Notes: generated by a model from the letters alone, not told the origin. 52,142 nt of DNA from an uncultured Bacilli bacterium (GCA_944373095.1 CALWAK010000002.1:1-52142), one strand, 5' to 3'; numbered from the stretch's first letter, positions 38,037 to 48,483 are shown. Program-made: numbers and translations.

Positions 38037-39392
38037 CTACTTTCCCAAACAAAAATTACTAAATAATTCATTTAATAATTCATCTTTATATGTAGCACCA
38101 ATTATTTCACCTAAGGTATTCCATGCATTTTTAATATCTATTTCAACTATATCTACAGGTGTATGCATCTCTAAATTTGCTAGTGCTTCGTCAATTTGAC
38201 TTATTGCTATTTTTATCAATGATTTTTGACGCGCATTAGTTAAATAAGTACTATCTTTAATAAGAATTTTATCTAAACTAAACATTTCATTTATTTTATT
38301 TTTTAATGCATCTATACCATTATTATCTATAGTATTTCCATAACAAATATAAGAATTTAATTTATTAGAAATATTTATTTTTGATTCTAAATCATTTTTA
38401 TTAATAAATATTATATAAGGTTTATTATTTATTATCTTTAATAATTCTTTATCTTCATCTTTAATTTCTTCATTGTTATTTAAAGTTAAAATAATTAAAT
38501 CAGCGTTTTCTATTGCATTTAAACTTTTTTTAATTCCAATACTTTCCACTAAGTCATTTGATTTTCTAATTCCAGCTGTGTCTATAAAATTTAATTTTAT
38601 TCCTTTATAAATTATACTTCCTTCTATTAAATCCCTTGTTGTTCCTTCTACATTAGTTACTATTGCTTTTTCCTCATCTAAAAACTTATTTAATAGACTA
38701 GATTTTCCAACATTAGGACGACCTACAATAGCAATATTTATTCCATCTTTAATTAATTTAGTATTATCAGATTCAGATAATAAATCTAATAATTTATTTT
38801 TAATTGGTATTAATTTTTCTCTTAACAACTTTATAGTTATATTTTCTGCATCTTCATATTCTGGATAATCTATATTTACTTCAATATTAGCCATTAAATT
38901 AATTAAATCTTTTCTTAAATTAATTATCATATTTTTTAGACTTCCTGTTAATTGATTTACAGATAATAGTAATGATTTATCAGTGCTTGAATTTATTATA
39001 TCTTCTACGGCTTCAGCTTGAGTCAAATCTAATCTACCATTTAAAAAAGCCCTTTTAGTAAACTCTCCAGGTTCTGCTAATCTTGCACCATTAGTTAAAC
39101 ATAATTCTAATACTTTATTCGTTGATGCTATACCACCATGTGTATTTATTTCTACAACATCTTCAGTAGTATATGTTTTAGGGTGATGCATAACTGAAAC
39201 CAAAACTTCATCTATTGTTTCATTTTTATCAACAATAAAACCATGATTAATAGTATGGGATGCAACCTTCTCTAAATTTTTTCCTTTAAATATTTTATTA
39301 ACTATTTTTATAGCATCGTTACCACTTAATCTTATTATAGAAATAGCACCTATTCCTAATGCTGTTGATATTGCAACTATAGTATCATCCAT
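38037..39392 (-). CDS. mnmE: tRNA modification GTPase MnmE (TrmE)
   Basis: MDDTIVAISTALGIGAISIIRLSG, GRPNVGKSSLLN, DTAGIR, C-terminal FCLGK. Start at M36 of the track ORF. Confidence 0.95.
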   Translation of the reverse strand: MDDTIVAISTALGIGAISIIRLSGNDAIKIVNKIFKGKNLEKVASHTINHGFIVDKNETIDEVLVSVMHHPKTYTTEDVVEINTHGGIASTNKVLELCLTNGARLAEPGEFTKRAFLNGRLDLTQAEAVEDIINSSTDKSLLLSVNQLTGSLKNMIINLRKDLINLMANIEVNIDYPEYEDAENITIKLLREKLIPIKNKLLDLLSESDNTKLIKDGINIAIVGRPNVGKSSLLNKFLDEEKAIVTNVEGTTRDLIEGSIIYKGIKLNFIDTAGIRKSNDLVESIGIKKSLNAIENADLIILTLNNNEEIKDEDKELLKIINNKPYIIFINKNDLESKINISNKLNSYICYGNTIDNNGIDALKNKINEMFSLDKILIKDSTYLTNARQKSLIKIAISQIDEALANLEMHTPVDIVEIDIKNAWNTLGEIIGATYKDELLNELFSNFCLGK

Positions 39393-39471
39393 AAAAACAC
39401 ATCCAATCCAGTGTATTATAACACAATTTTTTATTATTAAAATAATTATCTCATATAAAAAACCAAATGAA

Positions 39472-40089
39472 TTATTTTTCATCATTTGGTTTGACAATGA
39501 TATGTCTATTTGGCTCTATTCCTTCAGAAATAGTAGTAATTCCTTTAATATCAGATAAGGCATTATGAATAATTCTTCTCTCATAAGAATTCATATTATC
39601 CATAATGACATCATGTTTTGTTGATCTAACTTCATAAGCAATCTTTTTGGCTAATTTAATTAAATAACTTTCTTGTTTTTCTTTATAATTTGAAGCATTT
39701 AATATTAGATAAGGATATATTTTTATCTTATTATAAACAAATTGCTTTGCATAATTTTCAAGAGCTTTTAAATTTTTTCCATCTCGCCCTATTAAAATAT
39801 TATCTTTATCAGAATGAAATGTAATATAAATTTGTTTTTCTTTTACTTTTATCTCATATGAATTTACATTTATATTCATATTTTTTAAAACTTCAATTAA
39901 AAAACTTTTTATGTAATCAGCAATATCAGAAACTCTATAAATTTTTAACTGAATAACATCTGATTTAAAAAGATTTTTTTTAATATTATTAGATAAGAAT
40001 ATAACATCATTTTCAGTACAATTTAGTTTTTCTAAAGCTTCTTGTTTTAAATCATCTAAATTTTTTCCTTCTAATAATTCGTACTTCAC
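39472..40089 (-). CDS. jag: Jag/KhpB RNA-binding protein (Jag_N, KH, R3H)
   Basis: GRDGKNLKALE (KH-like), ERRIIHNAL (R3H). Conserved position after yidC. Confidence 0.88.
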   Translation of the reverse strand: MKYELLEGKNLDDLKQEALEKLNCTENDVIFLSNNIKKNLFKSDVIQLKIYRVSDIADYIKSFLIEVLKNMNINVNSYEIKVKEKQIYITFHSDKDNILIGRDGKNLKALENYAKQFVYNKIKIYPYLILNASNYKEKQESYLIKLAKKIAYEVRSTKHDVIMDNMNSYERRIIHNALSDIKGITTISEGIEPNRHIIVKPNDEK

Positions 40090-40095
40090 TTTTAA

Positions 40096-41040
40096 TTACC
40101 TTCTTTCATTTAACTTTTGAATGATAACACTTTGAAATACTGCAAATATGTTATTAACTACCCAATATAATGCAAGTGCTGTTGGAAGGCTTAATGATGC
40201 AATAGAAATCATTACAAGCATAAATGTCATTGTCATTTTCATTTGATTCATAGCTTCATTTGCAGTTTGATTTTGCATACTAAATTTAAATGATATATAA
40301 GTAGAACCTATAATTAATAGTAATAAAAATACATATATATAGTTACCTTGCGATAGTGCTACCATAGGAGTCATTCCTAAATTCATATTCCATAAAGTAC
40401 CTTCAAATATTGCTGGAACACGATTTATTGCTTCTAGAAAGCCGAAAAATAATGGTAATTGAATAAATGATGTTAAGCATCCAGATATCGGGTTAATGTT
40501 ATATTTTTTATAAATAAGCATTGTTTCTTGACTTTTAGCCATAAGTGATTCATTATCAGTTTTATTAGCATATTTCTTTTCAATTTTGTTTAATTCTGGA
40601 GTTGCTTTTTTAATGTTTTCAGATTGTAACATTGCTTTTCGAGATAATGGTAGTAATAACAATCTAATAATAATACTTAACAAAATAACAGCAATACCAT
40701 AGTTTTTTACTAATTTACCCATTGATAAAATTAACCATGCTAACGGTTTAACAAATATACTCTCCCATAAACTCTGGTATTCAAGATCTGTAGGTTTAAA
40801 TTCTTCACAAGTTGGTAAATCTTCTAAAGGTGTGGATAACTTACTCTCATTTTCTTTGTATATATTATATAACTCTTCAGTTGTTGGCTTACACAATATA
40901 TTTGATGTTAAATTTTGCCCAGTTTCTTCATATACAACATTTTTGTTATCATCAGTTTTGACATATTTAGTACATCCACAAGTTAATAGAATTAAAAAGA
41001 ATAAAATAATTATTTTGCTTTTTGATTTTTTAAGTTTCAT
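40096..41040 (-). CDS. yidC: Membrane protein insertase YidC/SpoIIIJ (lipoprotein type)
   Basis: Signal ending LLTCGC. YKKYNINPISGCL ... QLPLFFGF ... LALYWVVNNIF. Confidence 0.93.
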   Translation of the reverse strand: MKLKKSKSKIIILFFLILLTCGCTKYVKTDDNKNVVYEETGQNLTSNILCKPTTEELYNIYKENESKLSTPLEDLPTCEEFKPTDLEYQSLWESIFVKPLAWLILSMGKLVKNYGIAVILLSIIIRLLLLPLSRKAMLQSENIKKATPELNKIEKKYANKTDNESLMAKSQETMLIYKKYNINPISGCLTSFIQLPLFFGFLEAINRVPAIFEGTLWNMNLGMTPMVALSQGNYIYVFLLLLIIGSTYISFKFSMQNQTANEAMNQMKMTMTFMLVMISIASLSLPTALALYWVVNNIFAVFQSVIIQKLNERR

Positions 41041-41366
41041 TTAATCTCCTTTATAACTAAACTGACTAAATTTTCAGATAATTCTTGATAAGAAACATCA
41101 TTAGCAGCTTTCCTTATCATTATAATATATTTATAACCATTTTTAAATAAATATTTATTATTATCAATAATATTCCTGGTTTGACGTTTTATTTTATTTC
41201 TATCCACAGCTTTGCCAAAACTTTTACTAATAGCAATTCCAAATTGAGGGTAATTAATATTTGCTTTTTGCTTATATATAACAAAAAAATCACTTTTTCT
41301 AAATTTTTGATTGTTAATTATAAAAGTAAAATCCTTTTTACTTTTAATCATCTCATATCTTTTCAT
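41037..41366 (-). CDS. rnpA: Ribonuclease P protein component
   Basis: IKSKKDFTFII ... GIAISKSFGKAVDRNKIKRQTRN. Start at M10 of the track ORF, preceded by TAGGAG. Confidence 0.9.
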   Translation of the reverse strand: MKRYEMIKSKKDFTFIINNQKFRKSDFFVIYKQKANINYPQFGIAISKSFGKAVDRNKIKRQTRNIIDNNKYLFKNGYKYIIMIRKAANDVSYQELSENLVSLVIKEIK

Positions 41367-41405
41367 AAGGCTCCTATTAGAAGAAAAAACCACATATTGT
41401 GGTTA

Positions 41406-41528
41406 TTACTTACATAAACGTTTACGTCCTTTATTTCTTCTAGATTTTAATATATTTGATTCTTTTCTTGCAAAAAAGCCATGTTTTTTTGCTTTTTTAC
41501 GATTATTTGGTTGATAAGTTCTTTTCAT
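41406..41528 (-). CDS. rpmH: 50S ribosomal protein L34
   Basis: Not in the ORF track. Hand translation gives [40 protein letters not shown], preceded by GGAGGTG. Confidence 0.95.
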   Translation of the reverse strand: MKRTYQPNNRKKAKKHGFFARKESNILKSRRNKGRKRLCK

Positions 41529-41559
41529 TTTTGCACCTCCACATCTAATAAGCAAAGAT

Positions 41560-41589
41560 ATTATAATATTAGATGTCTTAAAAAGTCAA
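41560..41589 (-). promoter_or_regulatory. Sigma-A-type promoter for rpmH-rnpA
   Basis: Minus strand: TTGACT (41589-41584), 18-nt spacer, TATAAT (41565-41560). Confidence 0.6.
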
Positions 41590-41654
41590 GATTTTTAAAA
41601 ATTCTCTATCTCTATATTATTATTATATATAATTTATATTCATAATCATAATAC

Positions 41655-42090
41655 TGTTGATAACTGTGGATAACTTTAATTTTTAGCAAAAATATGGGAA
41701 AATTGGAGTATCTAAACCTGTGCATAACTTGTGATTTATCCACAGGCACTGTTGACAAATATGTTGATATTTAAAAAAAAATGATAAAAATATGAAAAAA
41801 AATAGAAAAAAATGTTAAAAAACTGTGGATAACTTTAATAAAAAAATGATATTTTTGTAGTTATCCACAGATTTATCCACAGTTTTTACTATAAAATTTG
41901 GCTAATATATCGAAAAAAAGAAAGTTATCCACAGTTATCAACAATAACGCAAACTGTGAATATCTTTAGTTATCCACATGTTTATAATTTTTTTATTATA
42001 ATTCTGTGGATAACTTTAAAATTTGGCTTATATATGTCAAAAAAATTGTGGATAACCCTGTGGATAACCTGTGGATAAAATTGTGGATAA
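41655..42090. other. oriC: Chromosomal replication origin oriC (DnaA-box cluster upstream of dnaA)
   Basis: 12 perfect TTATCCACA boxes. Forward at 41736, 41861, 41873, 41925, 41970. Reverse (TGTGGATAA) at 41665, 41824, 42005, 42047, 42059, 42070, 42082. One-mismatch boxes at 41655, 41719, 41935. A-tract-rich segment at 41760-41822. Located between rpmH and dnaA, with gene orientation diverging on either side. Confidence 0.95.
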
Positions 42091-42182
42091 GTTGAAATTA
42101 TAAATTTTTGCAAAAATTGTTTGCAAAAATAGAAATATGGTATAAAATATTTGTTGATAGATTTTTGAATGTGAGTGGGGTG

Positions 42183-43550
42183 ATGATTTTGGAAAAATTG
42201 GATTTATGGAGTGAATTTCTATCTTTACTTCAGAAAAAAATAAATCCTATTACATTTAATACATGGTTTAAACCTTTAAAATTAAATTTATTAGATACAG
42301 TAAATTGCAAAATCATCATTCAAGTACCAATGTCAGTTCATAAAAAAATGTTAGAAACGACATGGTATCAAGTTATTGAGGATGCTTTAACAGAAATTTC
42401 TGGGGATACCTATGAGATTTCTTTTGTTCTTGAAGATATAAATAATGAACTTGAATCTGATAATTTAGGAAAAATTAATTCTAAAGGTGATGAAGAAGTC
42501 AAATTTGTTACTAATTTAAAAAGTGAATTTACGTTTGAAAATTTTGTTACTGGAGATACTAATAAATTTGCAAAAACTGCTGCTATTGCGGTTGCTCAAG
42601 CACCTGGAAAAATATATAATCCTTTATTTATATATGGAAAAAGTGGTTTAGGAAAAACACATTTAATGCATGCAATAGGTAACTATATAACAGAGCATAC
42701 TGATTTAAAGGTTTTATATACAACAAGTGAAAATTTTAAGGATGATTATACTAGTATTGCTACTACTTTAAAACCAAATGAACGTGAAGATAGAGCAGAT
42801 TTTTTTAAAAATAAGTATAGGGATGTTGATGTATTATTAATAGATGATATTCAATTTTTAGTAGGAGCCGAAAAAACTCAACAAGGATTTTTTCATACAT
42901 TTAATGAATTACATTCTAAGAATAAACAAATTATAATTACATCAGATAGATCTCCTGAAGATTTGAAATTGTTAGAAGAAAGGTTACGAAGTAGGTTTGC
43001 TTGGGGTTTACCTGTAGATATTTATCCACCAGATTATGAATTAAGATGTAGAATTATTAAAGATAAAGTAAAATATTTAAATATTGCTAATATGTTACCT
43101 GAAGATGTAATAAATTATATTGCTAATTCCTGTGATACGGATGTTAGAGAAATTGAAGGTGCCGTAAATAGACTTAGTGCATACATGGCTGTATATGCGC
43201 CAACTGAAGTAACGTTAGACTTTGCGATGGAAGCTTTAGGGGATTATGTTAATAACAATATTTATTCAATGAGTGATATATCTGTAGTTCAAAAGGCAGT
43301 AGCAGATTATTATGGAATAAGTGTAGAAGCATTAAAAAGTAAGAAAAAATCTAAAAATGTTTCCTATCCAAGGCAACTTGCAATGTACATGGCTAGATTG
43401 TTAACAAATGAATCCTTTCCTAGGATAGGCTTAGAATTTGGTGGAAGAGATCATTCAACAGTTATTCATGCTGTAGATAAAATAGAAGATGATTTAAAAG
43501 ATAACAAAACTTTACAAGAAATAATTAATGAAATAAAAGCAAAAATATAA
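42183..43550 (+). CDS. dnaA: Chromosomal replication initiator protein DnaA
   Basis: LDLWSEFLSLLQKKINPITFNTWF; GKSGLGKTHL (Walker A); LLIDDIQFL; box VII and C-terminal HTH (GGRDHSTVIHA). The exact start is uncertain (ATG 42183 or TTG 42189). The track ORF begins further upstream at 42108. Confidence 0.96.
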   Translation: MILEKLDLWSEFLSLLQKKINPITFNTWFKPLKLNLLDTVNCKIIIQVPMSVHKKMLETTWYQVIEDALTEISGDTYEISFVLEDINNELESDNLGKINSKGDEEVKFVTNLKSEFTFENFVTGDTNKFAKTAAIAVAQAPGKIYNPLFIYGKSGLGKTHLMHAIGNYITEHTDLKVLYTTSENFKDDYTSIATTLKPNEREDRADFFKNKYRDVDVLLIDDIQFLVGAEKTQQGFFHTFNELHSKNKQIIITSDRSPEDLKLLEERLRSRFAWGLPVDIYPPDYELRCRIIKDKVKYLNIANMLPEDVINYIANSCDTDVREIEGAVNRLSAYMAVYAPTEVTLDFAMEALGDYVNNNIYSMSDISVVQKAVADYYGISVEALKSKKKSKNVSYPRQLAMYMARLLTNESFPRIGLEFGGRDHSTVIHAVDKIEDDLKDNKTLQEIINEIKAKI

Positions 43551-43568
43551 TAGAGAAGGAAGATATTT

Positions 43569-44687
43569 ATGAAATTTATAATTGATAAGAATATAATATT
43601 AGAAAATTTAATGAATGTAGCTCGTGCTATATCTACTAAAAATGTTATTCCAGTATTAAATGGAATTAAATTTGAGTTAAATGATGATGGTTTATACTTA
43701 ACTGCTAGTGATTCAGAGTTAACTATAAAATCTTTTATTGAAGCTAAAGAAATAAAAAATATTGAATCAGTTGGAAATATTATTATACAAAGCAAATTTA
43801 TAGTTGATATAATTAGAAAAATGCCAAATGATATTATAAATTTTGAAGTTGTTGATGGTTTAAAAATTAAAATATCATCTGGAACTAGTGAGTATAATTT
43901 GAATTGTTTAGACTCTAGTGAATATCCACAGATTAAATTAGAAGAACATAAAAATCCAATTATAATAAATAGTATGTTATTTAAAAAAATTATAAGTCAA
44001 ACCGCTTTTGCTATTTCTAATCAAGAATTAAGACCTTTATTAACAGGGTTAAATTTTAAAATAACAGGTGATATATTAGAATGTATTGCTACTGATTCGT
44101 ATCGTTTAGCAAAAAAGACTGTAAAATTAAGTGTTGTAGTTGATGAAGATGTAAATATTGTTATACCTGGAAAAAATATTTTAGAATTAGATAAAATTAT
44201 TACTGATGATGTTGATATGAAAATGCATATTTTTAATAATAAAATATTGTTTAATTATAAAAATATAACTTTTCAAAGTAATTTATTAGCAGGTACTTAT
44301 CCTAATACATCAAATTTAATTCCTACTGAGTTTGAAATAATGCTAAATACAAATTTAACAGAATACTATAATGCAATTGATCGTGCTGCATTACTTACAC
44401 AAAGTAAAGATAAAAATATAGTAAAGATGCACTTAAATAAAAAGAACTTAATTATTAATTCATATGCATCTGAAATAGGCAAAGTTGAAGAAAAGGTTAA
44501 TGTTGAATGTAATAATGATAATAATATAGATGTATCTTTTAGTGCTAAATATATGTTAGAAGCTTTAAAAACATTTAAAGATGAACAAATTTTGATATTA
44601 TTAAATGGCGAGGTAAAACCAATTGTTATAAAATCAACTGAAGATGAGTCTTTAATTCAATTAATATTGCAGATAAAAACTTATTAG
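43569..44687 (+). CDS. dnaN: DNA polymerase III beta sliding clamp
   Basis: MKFIIDKNIILENLMNVARAISTKNVIPVLNGIKFEL ... ATDSYRLA. Conserved position. Confidence 0.95.
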   Translation: MKFIIDKNIILENLMNVARAISTKNVIPVLNGIKFELNDDGLYLTASDSELTIKSFIEAKEIKNIESVGNIIIQSKFIVDIIRKMPNDIINFEVVDGLKIKISSGTSEYNLNCLDSSEYPQIKLEEHKNPIIINSMLFKKIISQTAFAISNQELRPLLTGLNFKITGDILECIATDSYRLAKKTVKLSVVVDEDVNIVIPGKNILELDKIITDDVDMKMHIFNNKILFNYKNITFQSNLLAGTYPNTSNLIPTEFEIMLNTNLTEYYNAIDRAALLTQSKDKNIVKMHLNKKNLIINSYASEIGKVEEKVNVECNNDNNIDVSFSAKYMLEALKTFKDEQILILLNGEVKPIVIKSTEDESLIQLILQIKTY

Positions 44688-44709
44688 AATCATTTGATTC
44701 TTTTTTTTT
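44686..44709 (+). terminator. rho-independent terminator after dnaN
   Basis: AGAATC-attt-GATTCT hairpin followed by a run of Ts. Confidence 0.55.
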
Positions 44710-44725
44710 GAATAATATTTGTTTT

Positions 44726-44756
44726 TTCGACAAATTTCAACAAAATTCGACAAAAA
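44726..44756 (+). repeat. Three tandem 10-bp direct repeats upstream of comK (candidate regulator binding site)
   Basis: TTCGACAAAT (44726-44735), TTCAACAAAA (44736-44745), TTCGACAAAAA (44746-56). An extended -10 TGATATATT follows at 44772-44780. Confidence 0.5.
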
Positions 44757-44802
44757 TTTTTGTTATATTTTTGATATATTCATTAAAGAAGGGGGAATTG
44801 GA

Positions 44803-45315
44803 ATGAATTATTTAATGAATGATATAGATGATATTTTAGAAGAGTATGAGATTAATGAGGATACATTAGCATTACTTCCAAACAGTAAATTTGAAACTAC
44901 TGTTTTAGAGAAAACAAGAGTCTTAAAAGTTAGAGATGATGCAACTAGTATCATGAAAAATAGTTGTGAATATTTTGGAAGCAGCTTAAGTGGAAGACAG
45001 AGAGGTACTACTGCACTAATTGGTGTAACACATAAAGTACCGGTTATTGTAGAAGAAAGTAGAGAACTAATATTTTTTCCTACTAATTCTCCAAGATTAG
45101 GAATATGTAGTTGGTTATCTTTTAATAATATTAAAAATTATAGAAAAGATGAAAATGGTTATGGAACAATAATAGAGTTTAAATCAGGAAAAGAAGTAAA
45201 TATTCCTTTGTCTTATGGTTCTTTAGATAATCAAATATTACGCTCTGCTAAATTAAATCTAATGTTAAAAGATAGAAAAATAAATCAGAAAAATGATATT
45301 TTATCTAAATTTTAA
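44803..45315 (+). CDS. comK: ComK-family competence transcription factor
   Basis: Aligns by eye along its length with B. subtilis ComK as recalled from memory: YEINEDTLALLP, CEYFGSSLSGRQRGT, THKVPVIVEESRELIFFPTNSP, IPLSYGSLDNQILRSAKL. Start at M29 of the track ORF, preceded by AGAAGGGGG. Confidence 0.8.
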   Translation: MNYLMNDIDDILEEYEINEDTLALLPNSKFETTVLEKTRVLKVRDDATSIMKNSCEYFGSSLSGRQRGTTALIGVTHKVPVIVEESRELIFFPTNSPRLGICSWLSFNNIKNYRKDENGYGTIIEFKSGKEVNIPLSYGSLDNQILRSAKLNLMLKDRKINQKNDILSKF

Positions 45316-45320
45316 TTGTG

Positions 45321-45353
45321 AAAAAAATCTATTCTAATCTATAGATTTTTTTT
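45321..45353 (+). terminator. rho-independent terminator after comK
   Basis: AAAAAAATCTAT, 8-nt loop, ATAGATTTTTTTT. Confidence 0.6.
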
Positions 45354-45463
45354 GTTTTTAATATAATATATAAATATATAATAACCACAAATATACAAAA
45401 TTATGATATAATTAATTTTAGGTAAATCTATTTTTACTGGAGTATTTGTAAAAAGGAGTTTTT

Positions 45464-46555
45464 ATGAAAATAGTTAATCTAAAATTACTAAATTTTAGAA
45501 ACTATGATTATCTTAATTTGTCTTTTTCCTTAAATAACAATTTAATTTATGGTAAAAATGGTAGTGGTAAAACAAATTTAGTTGAAGCAATATATGTTTT
45601 AGCTTTAACTAAATCTTTTAGGGGATCTTTGGAAAAAGTTTTAATAATGAATGGTAAAAATTTAACTAAGATTTCTGGAACTATAAAAGATAACATATAC
45701 CATAATTATCAGGTAATTATTTCTGAGGATGGTAAAATTGTCAAAATTGATGAAAAAAAAGAAGGAAAAATTAGTGATTATATTTCTAAAGTTAATGTTA
45801 TTATGTTTAATCCTGATGATTTAAGATTTATAAAGGAATCTCCAAAGATTAGGAGAGATAAAATAAATTTAGATATTTCTCAATTAGATAATGATTATTT
45901 AAAAGTTTTAAATTTATATAACAAAATACTAAAACAAAGAAATGCTTATTTAAAAACTATGTATATAAATAATAATTCATCTATTGATTATTTAAATATT
46001 TTAACCGATAAATTAATAAATTATGGTATAATATTATCTACCAAAAGAAAGTGGTTTATAAATGCAATAAATAATAAATTAAAAAAAATTTATGAAAAAA
46101 TAACTGGTGTATGTGATATTTCAATAGACTATATTACAAATTTTAGTAATTTAACAGTTGAAGAAATTAAAAATAATTATATAAAAAGTTACCAGAAAGA
46201 TATGTTGTGTGGTAAGACAACTTTTGGCATTCATCATGATGATTTTATATTTAAATATAAATGTAATTTATTTAAGGATTTTGCTTCGGAGGGACAGCAA
46301 AAGAATGTTATTATATCTTATAAATTAGCCGAAATTATGTTATTTAAAGAATATAAAAATACTTGTCCAATATTAATATTAGATGATTTATTTAGTGAAT
46401 TAGATAATGAAAAAATAAAAAATATTTTAAATTTGTTAGATGATGATATTCAAACCTTTATTACGACAACAGAAATAGATTTAGTAGATAATAATATTAA
46501 AAATAAAAGTAAAATTTTTTATTGCAGTAATGGAAAAATTGAGGAGGAAGTTTAA
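45464..46555 (+). CDS. recF: DNA replication and repair protein RecF
   Basis: [20 protein letters not shown] (Walker A), SEGQQK (signature), [12 protein letters not shown] (Walker B). Confidence 0.93.
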   Translation: MKIVNLKLLNFRNYDYLNLSFSLNNNLIYGKNGSGKTNLVEAIYVLALTKSFRGSLEKVLIMNGKNLTKISGTIKDNIYHNYQVIISEDGKIVKIDEKKEGKISDYISKVNVIMFNPDDLRFIKESPKIRRDKINLDISQLDNDYLKVLNLYNKILKQRNAYLKTMYINNNSSIDYLNILTDKLINYGIILSTKRKWFINAINNKLKKIYEKITGVCDISIDYITNFSNLTVEEIKNNYIKSYQKDMLCGKTTFGIHHDDFIFKYKCNLFKDFASEGQQKNVIISYKLAEIMLFKEYKNTCPILILDDLFSELDNEKIKNILNLLDDDIQTFITTTEIDLVDNNIKNKSKIFYCSNGKIEEEV

Positions 46556-48483
46556 TGAGAGAAATTGGTCATACTGATTATAATGATAATGATATTCAAG
46601 TCTTAGAAGGTTTAGAAGCAGTTAGAAAAAGACCCGGTATGTATATTGGTACTACAGGTGAAGCTGGCTTACACCATTTAGTATGGGAAATTGTTGATAA
46701 CTCTGTTGATGAAGCATTAGCAGGATATTGTGATGATATTGAAGTAGTTGTTGAGCAAGGAAATATTATAACAGTAAAAGATGATGGACGAGGAATGCCT
46801 ACAGGAATTAATTCGAAAACTGGGAAATCTACTGTAGAAACAATTTTTACTGTTTTACATGCTGGTGGCAAATTTGGTGGTGGTGGCTATAAAGTATCAG
46901 GTGGACTACATGGTGTAGGAGCATCTGTTGTAAATGCGCTTTCTAGTTGGTTAGAAGTAACTGTATATCGTGATGGGCATATTTATAATCAAAGATTTGA
47001 AAATGGAGGTCATCCTGTATCAGAATTAAAAATAATTGGAGATTGTGATATTGAAAGAACAGGTTCTACAGTAAGATTTAAGCCAGATCCAACAATTTTT
47101 AAAGAAACTACAATTTTTAAATACGATATTCTTGCTAAAAGACTTCAAGAAATTGCTTTTTTAAATAAAGGTTTAAGGATTGTTTTAATTGATGAAAGAG
47201 AAGAAGCTAAGAAGGACGATTTCATTTATCAAGGTGGTATTATTGAATTTGTTAAGATGTTAAATAAAAATAGAACTCCTATTAGTCAAGATGTTATATA
47301 TGTTGAGGGTAGAGAAGATGATATTTTAGTAGAAGTTGCATTACAATATAATGATGGATACAATGAAGCCATTTATTCTTATACAAATAATATTCATACT
47401 CATGAAGGTGGTACCCATGAAGATGGTGTTAAAAGAGCTTTAACAAGAATTATTAATAATTATGCTAAAAAAGTTAAACTAATAAAAGATAATGCTGACC
47501 CTTTAACAGGTGAGGATGTTAGAGAAGGCCTTACAATGATTGTTTCATGTAAGCATCCTGATCCACAATTTGAAGGTCAAACTAAAACTAAATTAGGTAA
47601 TATTGAAGTTAGAAAGATAGCAGATGATGTATTTAGCAATGGTTTTGAAAGATATTTAATGGAAAATCCAGAAATTGCAAAAAAAATTGTTGAAAAATCC
47701 TTAACTGCATCTAGAGCAAGAATTGCTGCTAAAAAGGCTAGAGAGTTGCAAAGACAGACAAAAGGAGGTTTGGATTTATCAAATCAATGGGGAAAATTAA
47801 CTGATTGCACAAGTAAAAATGCCTCTGAATGTGAAATATTTATAGTTGAGGGAGATTCAGCAGGAGGTTCAGCAAAAGGTGGAAGAGATTCAAAAACTCA
47901 AGCAGTGTTACCTTTGAGAGGAAAAATTTTGAATGTAGAAAAAGCTAGGTTAGATAGAGTACTTTCAAATGAAGAAATTAGGAGTATGATTACTGCTTTT
48001 GGGACTGGTATTGGGGAAGACTTTGATATTAGTAAATTAAGATATGATAAAATAATTATTATGACTGATGCAGATGTAGATGGTGAACATATTAGAATAC
48101 TTTTATTAACATTATTTTATCGTTTCTTTAGGCCTATTTTGGAAACAGGACATGTTTATGTAGCGCAACCCCCATTGTATAAAATAACTTATGGTAAAAA
48201 TTTTAAATACGTATTAGATGATGATGAAAAAGATGCTTTTTTAGCTACATTACCTGCTAACGTAAAACCAGAAGTTTCTAGAAATAAAGGTTTAGGTGAA
48301 ATGAATCCAGAGGAACTTTGTTTAACAACAATGGATATAAACAATCGAACTTTAATACGTATATCTTTAGATGACGCTATGGAAGCAGACTCAGTATTTA
48401 ATGTGTTAATGGGTGAGGAAGTAGATCCTAGAAGAAAATTTATTGAAGAATATGCTGGCCTTGTACAGGAATTAGATGTTTAG
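46555..48483 (+). CDS. gyrB: DNA gyrase subunit B
   Basis: [67 protein letters not shown] overlap with recF. Confidence 0.97.
   Translation: MREIGHTDYNDNDIQVLEGLEAVRKRPGMYIGTTGEAGLHHLVWEIVDNSVDEALAGYCDDIEVVVEQGNIITVKDDGRGMPTGINSKTGKSTVETIFTVLHAGGKFGGGGYKVSGGLHGVGASVVNALSSWLEVTVYRDGHIYNQRFENGGHPVSELKIIGDCDIERTGSTVRFKPDPTIFKETTIFKYDILAKRLQEIAFLNKGLRIVLIDEREEAKKDDFIYQGGIIEFVKMLNKNRTPISQDVIYVEGREDDILVEVALQYNDGYNEAIYSYTNNIHTHEGGTHEDGVKRALTRIINNYAKKVKLIKDNADPLTGEDVREGLTMIVSCKHPDPQFEGQTKTKLGNIEVRKIADDVFSNGFERYLMENPEIAKKIVEKSLTASRARIAAKKARELQRQTKGGLDLSNQWGKLTDCTSKNASECEIFIVEGDSAGGSAKGGRDSKTQAVLPLRGKILNVEKARLDRVLSNEEIRSMITAFGTGIGEDFDISKLRYDKIIIMTDADVDGEHIRILLLTLFYRFFRPILETGHVYVAQPPLYKITYGKNFKYVLDDDEKDAFLATLPANVKPEVSRNKGLGEMNPEELCLTTMDINNRTLIRISLDDAMEADSVFNVLMGEEVDPRRKFIEEYAGLVQELDV

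Noticed and set aside
39393-39497. N-terminal extensions of track ORFs: mnmE 39393-39497, dnaA 42108-42182, comK 44719-44802, cwlD 4934-4969, rplM 5854-5901, mnmG 38029-38052
   Set aside because: Conserved protein N-termini and good RBS spacing support internal starts. The extensions run through terminator hairpins, upstream intergenic/promoter regions or the preceding gene's 3' end.
43551-43568. Looked for a second DnaA-box cluster or DUE between dnaA and dnaN, i.e. a bipartite Bacillus-type origin
   Set aside because: The spacer is only 18 bp and contains no DnaA box.
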